A stretch of 64,000 nucleotides of DNA, from assembly GCA_039714075.1 (NCBI GenBank), contig JBDLKA010000002.1:29807-93806 (forward strand), read 5' to 3'. The notes beneath the pieces were generated by a model. That model worked only from the letters and a program-made list of their open reading frames with translations. It was not told the origin of the DNA and did not search any database. This DNA comes from Candidatus Krumholzibacteriota bacterium (lineage in GTDB: Bacteria > Krumholzibacteriota > Krumholzibacteriia > LZORAL124-64-63). Position numbers and translations under genes: made by a program. Shown piece by piece: positions 58,116-64,000 of this stretch. Numbering within the stretch: position 1 is the stretch's first letter; each line of letters begins with the position of its first letter.

Positions 58116-58790
58116 ATGAATAATCTTTCAAGGAAAAACACTCCCCTGACGGCGGTGATCCTGGTGGGGGCCATCCTACTCCTGAATCAGGGCGGGGCGG
58201 CGCTCGCGGATACCGACGACCCGCTGATCATCAACGAGGTCCTGGCCGACCCGGCCAGCGACTGGGACGGTGACGGTGCCGTGGACTTCAAGAACGACGA
58301 GTGGATCGAGGTCCTGAACAACGGGACCGCTCCCATCGATCTGTCCGACTACTACCTGCGCGACATCCTGGGCGAGGAACCCCACCTCAGGCTTACCGGA
58401 GTCGTGGATCCGGGAGAGGCGGCGATCTTCTACGGTTCGGATGCGGTCGCCTGGCAGACGGAGATGGGTTTGACGACGTCGGGCCTCAGTCTCAACAACG
58501 GGGGGGACCTGATTCAACTGCTGCGGGAATACCAGGGGCCCGACGGTCCCGCCATGGAATTGATGTTCGCCATCTCCTACGACGACCACGAGGCCGAGGA
58601 CGACCGCTCCTGCGGTTTCAACCAGGAAGTCAGCGATTGGATCCTCTTCGACGCCATGAATCCCTACGGCGGAGCGTTGGAACCGGTTGGCACGGGGTGC
58701 TCACCGTCCCCGGGCGACCCCAACCAGTGCCGGGGCCCCGTGGCCGTCGAAGCCCGCTCCTTCGGTGCCGTGAAGGCTGTTTTCCGCTGA
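58116..58790 (+). CDS. Secreted lamin-tail-domain (LTD) protein
   Basis: Signal peptide, PLIINEVLADPASDWDGDG...EWIEVLNNG...DLSDYYLRD motif block. The upstream part of the track ORF (57789-58115) is judged spurious. Confidence 0.7.
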   Translation: MNNLSRKNTPLTAVILVGAILLLNQGGAALADTDDPLIINEVLADPASDWDGDGAVDFKNDEWIEVLNNGTAPIDLSDYYLRDILGEEPHLRLTGVVDPGEAAIFYGSDAVAWQTEMGLTTSGLSLNNGGDLIQLLREYQGPDGPAMELMFAISYDDHEAEDDRSCGFNQEVSDWILFDAMNPYGGALEPVGTGCSPSPGDPNQCRGPVAVEARSFGAVKAVFR

Positions 58791-58838
58791 CCGTTATCCA
58801 TCTTTCTTCTGCCGGGCCCACCCCGTGGCCCGGCATGC

Positions 58839-58877
58839 GGACGAGCCGGGAAAGGAGTCCCGGTTCGTCCTTTTTTT
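58839..58877 (+). terminator. Rho-independent terminator after the LTD gene
   Basis: GGACGAGCCGGG-AAAGGAGT-CCCGGTTCGTCC followed by T7; preceded by a second hairpin GCCGGGCC...GGCCCGGC at 58811-58834. Confidence 0.65.
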
Positions 58878-59042
58878 GGGGATTCGCACCGCAGCCTCGC
58901 CATGGGGGTTTTCCCGCCGTTCAAGGCCAAACCGGTTGATTTTTCTTTAATTATTGCCCTTGTTCCTGTAATCTGATTCGTCGTCGACAACCTGTTTCAA
59001 GGTCCCTGCCCCGGGGCTTTCCAGGAATCCCCAGGAGTTGAA

Positions 59043-60182
59043 ATGCACCTCAATGAAAACCAGAAAATGATCCGGCAGATGGCCCGGGATTTTGCAAACT
59101 CCCGGCTGGCGCCCATCGCCCAGGAAATAGACAGGACGGGGAAATTCCCGGAAGCGACGGTCAAGGAAATGGGGGAACTCGGATTTCTCGGCCTGGCCGT
59201 CCCCGAAGCCTACGGCGGCGTGGGAGCGGATATGACCAGCTACGCCCTGGTGGTCGAAGAGGTGTCCCGGGTCTGCGGCAGTCACGGCCTGACCGTGGCC
59301 GCCCACAACAGCCTCGGCTGCTGGCCCATCGCGGCCATCGGTACAGACGAGCAGAAAAAACAGTTCCTGCCGCAGGCGGCCGCGGGCGAATCCCTGCTTT
59401 CGTTCGGCCTGACCGAAGCCGGGGCCGGCAGCGATGCCGGTGGAACGCGTTCCACCGCCGTCCGGGACGGTGACGACTGGGTGCTCAACGGCAACAAGAT
59501 GTGGATCACCAATTCCCACTATGCCCACGCCCTGATCATCACGGCCAAGACCGACCCCGAAGCCAAGGGCAGTCACGGCATCAGCGCTTTCATCGTGCCC
59601 ACCGACACGCCCGGTTTCACGGTGGAAAAGAAGGAAGACAAACTGGGCATGCGGGCTTCCGACACAGCGCCCCTGACCCTGGAGGACGTCAGGATTCCCG
59701 GCGACTACCTGCTGGGTAAGGAAGGCGAGGGTTTCAAGTACTTCATGATGACCCTGGACGGCGGCCGCATTTCCATCGCCGCGGTGGCCCTGGGGCTGGC
59801 CGTGGGCGCCTTTGAAACCGCCCGCGACTATGCCAAGGAGCGCGAGCAGTTCGGCCGTCCCATCGCCAAATTCCAGGCCATCGAATTCATGCTGGCGGAC
59901 ATGGCCACCCAGATCCAGGCCTCACGGCTTCTCACCTACGAGGCCTGCCGGCTGAAGGATGACGGCGAGGACTTCGGGCATCTGGCCGCCATGGCCAAGC
60001 TGCACGCCAGCGAAACGGCCATGTTCGTCACCGACAAGGCCATCCAGATCCTGGGGGGCTACGGTTACACCACCGAGTACCCCGTGGAACGAATGTATCG
60101 CGACGCCAAACTCTGCACCATCGGCGAGGGGACCAGCGAGATCCAGCGCCTGGTCATCGGCCGACGGGAACTGGCCGACTGA
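59043..60182 (+). CDS. Acyl-CoA dehydrogenase (short/butyryl-chain type)
   Basis: ACAD N-terminal, middle and C-terminal domain sequence with catalytic Glu region ...[23 protein letters not shown]; AGGAG Shine-Dalgarno. Confidence 0.9.
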   Translation: MHLNENQKMIRQMARDFANSRLAPIAQEIDRTGKFPEATVKEMGELGFLGLAVPEAYGGVGADMTSYALVVEEVSRVCGSHGLTVAAHNSLGCWPIAAIGTDEQKKQFLPQAAAGESLLSFGLTEAGAGSDAGGTRSTAVRDGDDWVLNGNKMWITNSHYAHALIITAKTDPEAKGSHGISAFIVPTDTPGFTVEKKEDKLGMRASDTAPLTLEDVRIPGDYLLGKEGEGFKYFMMTLDGGRISIAAVALGLAVGAFETARDYAKEREQFGRPIAKFQAIEFMLADMATQIQASRLLTYEACRLKDDGEDFGHLAAMAKLHASETAMFVTDKAIQILGGYGYTTEYPVERMYRDAKLCTIGEGTSEIQRLVIGRRELAD

Positions 60183-60197
60183 AAAGGAGACTGAAAG

Positions 60198-61385
60198 ATG
60201 AGCAACCGATCCGTGATCTGCGCCGCCGTCCGCACCCCCATCGGCAGGTTCCAGGGCGGGCTGGCCTCCATGCGCGCGCCCCAGCTGGGCGCCCTGTGCG
60301 TCAAGGCCATCCTGGAGAAGACGGACCTCGACCCCGCCAAGGTGGACGAGGTGATCATGGGCAACGTCTGCCAGGCGGGACTGCAGCAGAATCCCGCGCG
60401 GCAGGCCTCCATTTTCGCCGGAGTGCCGGCTTCCGTCAGCGCGATGACCATCAACAAGGTCTGCGGGTCGGGTCTGAAATCCGTGGCCCTGGCCGACCAG
60501 GCCATCCGCGCGGGGGACAAGGAGTGCGTCATCGCCGGCGGGTTCGAGAACATGAGCCAGATTCCCTACGCCCTGCTCAAGGCGCGTGACGGCCTGCGCC
60601 TGGGCGACGGCAAGGTGACCGACCTGCTGGTCCACGACGGCCTGTGGGACATCTACAACAACTACCACATGGGCATGACCGCCGAGTGGGTGGTCGATAC
60701 CTACAAGGTCAGCCGCGAGGACCAGGACGCCTACGCCGCCCGCAGCCACCAGCGCGCCGTCGCCGCCTGGGAGGCGGGCAAATTCGACGCCGAGGTCGTT
60801 CCCGTGGAAGTGCCCCGGCGCAAGAAGGATCCGGTCGTCGTCGCCCGGGACGAGGGCCCCCGGGGCGATGCCTCGGCCGAGGGGATGGCCAAGCTGCGGC
60901 CGGCCTTCAAACGGGACGGCGGGACCGTCACCGCGGGCAACGCCTCGTCCATCAACGACGGCGCGGCCGCCCTGCTGATCTGCAGCGAGAAATTCGCCAA
61001 GGCCAACGGCCTGCCCATCCGCGCCTACATCGAAGCCGCCGCCACCGGCGCCGTCGAGCCCAACGAGGTGATGATGGCCCCGGTGACCAGCGTGAAGAAC
61101 CTGCTGGCCAAGACCGGCAAGACCATCGGCGACTACGGCCTGTTCGAACTGAACGAGGCCTTCGCCGCCCAGAGCGTGGCCGTGGTGCGCCAGCTCGAAC
61201 TGGACGAGGACAAGGTGAACGTCAACGGGGGCGGGGTCAGCCTGGGGCATCCCATCGGCTGTTCGGGAGCCCGCATCCTGGTGACGCTGCTGCACGCCAT
61301 GGAGGACCGCGGCGTCAGCGACGGCATTGCCAGCCTGTGCCTGGGCGGCGGCGACGCCGTGAGCATGGCCATTTCCATTTCGTAG
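60198..61385 (+). CDS. Acetyl-CoA C-acetyltransferase (thiolase II)
   Basis: [10 protein letters not shown] (active Cys), [28 protein letters not shown] motifs. Confidence 0.9.
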   Translation: MSNRSVICAAVRTPIGRFQGGLASMRAPQLGALCVKAILEKTDLDPAKVDEVIMGNVCQAGLQQNPARQASIFAGVPASVSAMTINKVCGSGLKSVALADQAIRAGDKECVIAGGFENMSQIPYALLKARDGLRLGDGKVTDLLVHDGLWDIYNNYHMGMTAEWVVDTYKVSREDQDAYAARSHQRAVAAWEAGKFDAEVVPVEVPRRKKDPVVVARDEGPRGDASAEGMAKLRPAFKRDGGTVTAGNASSINDGAAALLICSEKFAKANGLPIRAYIEAAATGAVEPNEVMMAPVTSVKNLLAKTGKTIGDYGLFELNEAFAAQSVAVVRQLELDEDKVNVNGGGVSLGHPIGCSGARILVTLLHAMEDRGVSDGIASLCLGGGDAVSMAISIS

Positions 61386-61420
61386 AACCGAGCTGACCTT
61401 CAAGGGGAAAGGATCAAGAC

Positions 61421-62263
61421 ATGAAAGTTTCGGTGATCGGCGGCGGGACGATGGGCAACGGTATCGCCCAGGTCTTCGCCCAATGCGGCAACGACGTGAA
61501 CCTGATCGACGTGAAGCAGGAGTACCTCGACCGGGCGATGGGTACCATCGAAAAGAACCTGGGCCGCATGGTCAAGAAGGAAAAGATCTCGCAGGACGAC
61601 GCCACCGCGACCCTGGGCCGGCTGAATCCGGTCACCGACATGCAGACCGCCGGCGACAGTGAACTGGTGGTCGAGGCGGTCTTCGAGAATTTCGCGGTCA
61701 AGAAGGAGATCTTCACCACCCTGGACGGAATCTGCGGGCCGAACACCATTCTGGCCAGCAACACTTCCAGCATCAGCCTGACCAAGATCGCCGGCGTCAC
61801 CAAGCGCGCCGACCGGGTCATCGGGATGCATTTCATGAATCCCGTGCCCATCATGAAGCTGATCGAGATCATCTGCGGGCAGGCCACCAGCGCCGAGACC
61901 CTGGCCACCATCACCAAGGTCGCCGAGGATCTGGGCAAGGTGCCCGTCACGGTGCAGGACTACCCGGGATTCGTCGCCAACCGGATCCTGATGCCGATGA
62001 TCAACGAAGCCGTCTACTGCCTGATGGAAGGCGTGGCCGAGCGCGAGGCCATCGACACGGTGATGAAGCTGGGCATGGCCCATCCCATGGGCCCGCTGAC
62101 CCTGGCCGATTTCATCGGTCTGGATATCTGCCTGGATATCATGGAAGTGCTCTATGACGGTTTTGGTGACAGCAAGTACCGTCCCTGCCCCCTGTTGCGG
62201 CGAATGGTTGATGCAGGACATCTGGGCCGCAAGAGCGGCAAGGGCTTCTACGATTACGACTGA
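61421..62263 (+). CDS. hbd: 3-hydroxybutyryl-CoA dehydrogenase
   Basis: VIGGGTMGNGIAQV Rossmann N-terminus, GFVANRIL, 280 aa. Confidence 0.9.
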   Translation: MKVSVIGGGTMGNGIAQVFAQCGNDVNLIDVKQEYLDRAMGTIEKNLGRMVKKEKISQDDATATLGRLNPVTDMQTAGDSELVVEAVFENFAVKKEIFTTLDGICGPNTILASNTSSISLTKIAGVTKRADRVIGMHFMNPVPIMKLIEIICGQATSAETLATITKVAEDLGKVPVTVQDYPGFVANRILMPMINEAVYCLMEGVAEREAIDTVMKLGMAHPMGPLTLADFIGLDICLDIMEVLYDGFGDSKYRPCPLLRRMVDAGHLGRKSGKGFYDYD

Positions 62264-62289
62264 TCCGACCCGGACCCAAGGAGTGCGAC

Positions 62290-63432
62290 GTGCAGTTTGA
62301 ATTCAATGAACAGCAGCGGATGATCCGTGACATGGCCCGCGATTTCGCCGCCCGCGAAATTGCGCCCATCGCCGCGGAGATCGATGAACAGGAAAAGTTC
62401 CCGGCCGAGGTCGTCAAGAAGATGGGCGAGCTGGGCTTCATGGGCATGAACGTTCCCGAGCAGTACGGGGGCGCCGGTCTGGATGCCGTGTGCTACACGC
62501 TGGCCATGGAAGAGGTCAGCAAGGCCTGTGCTTCCTGCGGCGTGATCATGTCGGTGAACAACAGCCTGGTCTGCTGGCCATTGGAAACCTACGGCAACGA
62601 GGACCAGTGGACCCGTTTCCTGGCCCCGCTGGCACGCGGGGAAAAACTCGGGGCCTACTGCCTGAGCGAACCGGGCGCCGGCACCGACGCCGCCGCCCAG
62701 AGCACGACCGCCAAGCAGGACGGGGACGACTGGATCATCAACGGGATGAAGAACTTCATCACCAACGGGGCCAATGCCGACATCCTGATCGTGTTCGCCC
62801 AGACCGATCCCGAGCTCAAGCACAAGGGCATCCGGGCGTTCATCGTCGAGAAGGAGGCCGAGGGCTTCAGCGTGATCCGCAAAGAAGAAAAGATGGGGAT
62901 CCGCGCCTCGGACACCGCCCAGCTGGCCTTCGACAACGTGCGGGTTCCCGCCAGCCAGGTCCTCGGTCCGGAAGGTTCGGGTTTCAAGATCGCCATGAGC
63001 ACCCTGGACGGCGGCCGCATCGGCATCGCCGCGCAGGCCCTGGGCATCAGCGGCGCCGCGTATGATGCCGCCGTGGCCTATTCCAAGGAACGCGAACAGT
63101 TCGGCCGCCCCATCAGCAAGTTCCAGGCGATCCAGTGGAAGATCGCCGACATGGCCACGCGCCTGGACGCGGCCCGCCTGCTGACCTACCGCGCCGCCTG
63201 GGCCAAGGACCAGGGGGGACGGTACAGCGAGGAATCGGCCATGGCCAAATTGTTCGCCAGCGAGGCCAGCCACTACATCACCAACGAGGCTGTGCAGATC
63301 TTCGGCGGCAACGGTTATTCCAAGGAATATCCGGTCGAAAGACACTTTCGCGACGCCAAGATCACGGAGATCTACGAGGGCACCAGTGAAGCCCAGCGCA
63401 TGGTGATCAGCAGTATGGAGCTGAAGAAGTAG
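62290..63432 (+). CDS. Acyl-CoA dehydrogenase (second paralogue)
   Basis: ACAD fold, ...FRDAKITEIYEGTSEAQRMVIS; GTG start after AAGGAG. Confidence 0.9.
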   Translation: MQFEFNEQQRMIRDMARDFAAREIAPIAAEIDEQEKFPAEVVKKMGELGFMGMNVPEQYGGAGLDAVCYTLAMEEVSKACASCGVIMSVNNSLVCWPLETYGNEDQWTRFLAPLARGEKLGAYCLSEPGAGTDAAAQSTTAKQDGDDWIINGMKNFITNGANADILIVFAQTDPELKHKGIRAFIVEKEAEGFSVIRKEEKMGIRASDTAQLAFDNVRVPASQVLGPEGSGFKIAMSTLDGGRIGIAAQALGISGAAYDAAVAYSKEREQFGRPISKFQAIQWKIADMATRLDAARLLTYRAAWAKDQGGRYSEESAMAKLFASEASHYITNEAVQIFGGNGYSKEYPVERHFRDAKITEIYEGTSEAQRMVISSMELKK

Positions 63433-63475
63433 GGGCGGGCTCTTCCCGCATGCCGGGGGATTTTTATTGAAGAAA

Positions 63476-64000
63476 GTGCAAGCCCCTTTCTGGGGTCTGA
63501 CAATCGCATATGCGGCGGCCTTCATGCTGCCGATATTGCTGTCCGAGGGTACCTTTCTCGACGGCTTGATCTATGCAATCCTGGCCCGGAACCTGGCCGC
63601 GGGGGTGGGTTCGTTCTGGGCCCCCCATTTCAGCGTTACGACCCAAAACCAGTGGTTCGAGCATCCTCCCCTGGGGTTGAACATCCAGTCCGTGTTCTAC
63701 CGTTTGCTGGGGGAGGGCGTTTGGGTCGAACAGGTCCACTCCCTGGTCACGGGCCTGGTTTGCGGTGTCCTCATCGTGGTGCTGTGGCGGCAGGTGACGG
63801 CCAGATACCGCCCCCTGCGGCCCCTCGTGTGGTTGCCGGTGCTGCTGTGGCTCATGAATCCCCAGGTGACCTGGGCCTTTTCCAACAACATGCTCGAAAA
63901 CACAATGACCATCTTCACCCTGGCGGCGGTCATCATGTTGCTGCGCAGCTGCCGGGACGGACGATTCCGGGCCGTGGACCTTCTGTTGGGGGCGGCGGCG
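63476..64000 (+). CDS. Integral membrane glycosyltransferase, GT39/ArnT/PMT-like N-terminus (partial; runs off the window)
   Basis: Hydrophobic N-terminal sequence with an FLDGLIYAILARNL loop-1-like segment. The GTG/TTG start choice is uncertain. Confidence 0.5.
   Translation, partial: MQAPFWGLTIAYAAAFMLPILLSEGTFLDGLIYAILARNLAAGVGSFWAPHFSVTTQNQWFEHPPLGLNIQSVFYRLLGEGVWVEQVHSLVTGLVCGVLIVVLWRQVTARYRPLRPLVWLPVLLWLMNPQVTWAFSNNMLENTMTIFTLAAVIMLLRSCRDGRFRAVDLLLGAAA

Noticed and set aside
1-64000. CRISPR arrays, toxin-antitoxin pairs, restriction-modification or other defence systems
   Set aside because: No regularly spaced direct repeats with unique spacers and no recognisable nuclease/methylase or TA-type small gene pairs were seen. 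The only repeats present are the short tandem repeats and palindromes listed above.

Overview
This is a high-GC, almost entirely plus-strand stretch of core chromosome from a diderm (BamA/TamB-encoding) bacterium. The very long antisense ORFs in the six-frame track are GC artefacts. Recognisable content, in order: tRNA-Thr; glmM-like mutase and glmS; an accessory patch (RCC1-repeat secreted protein, a dagK/glmS-3' chimeric gene fragment, RidA, a tRNA-Sec-like gene, DagK-family kinase); lepA-lepB-hemW-hrcA-grpE-dnaJ with no dnaK; rsmE, yqeY, cvpA, mutS2; dnaG-rpoD; tRNA-Met/Ile(CAT) and tRNA-Val; a zinc-ribbon protein plus RNase HI with an N-terminal extension; RNase P RNA; recJ, rel, dtd, maf, mtnA; rplM-rpsI; the conserved rpsB-tsf-pyrH-frr-uppS-cdsA-dxr-rseP-bamA-tamB block; an accessory patch on mixed strands (LVIVD-repeat protein, UvrD-like helicase, two M1 peptidases flanking a small DUF2007/zinc-ribbon gene, Gfo/Idh/MocA oxidoreductase, lamin-tail-domain protein); a thiolase/hbd/two-acd acyl-CoA cluster; and a partial membrane glycosyltransferase. 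The most unusual structure is a roughly 380-bp diverged duplication of the glmS 3' end plus its terminator region, bracketing the RCC1/T9SS-tail gene and fused to a dagK internal fragment, followed by a 26-bp inverted-repeat element. I did not find a CRISPR array, a toxin-antitoxin pair, a defence island or transposase genes, and no complete new multi-gene system can be supported from sequence alone. The best candidates for follow-up are the glmS-end mosaic, the tRNA-Sec-like gene, and the peptidase plus small zinc-ribbon gene pair.
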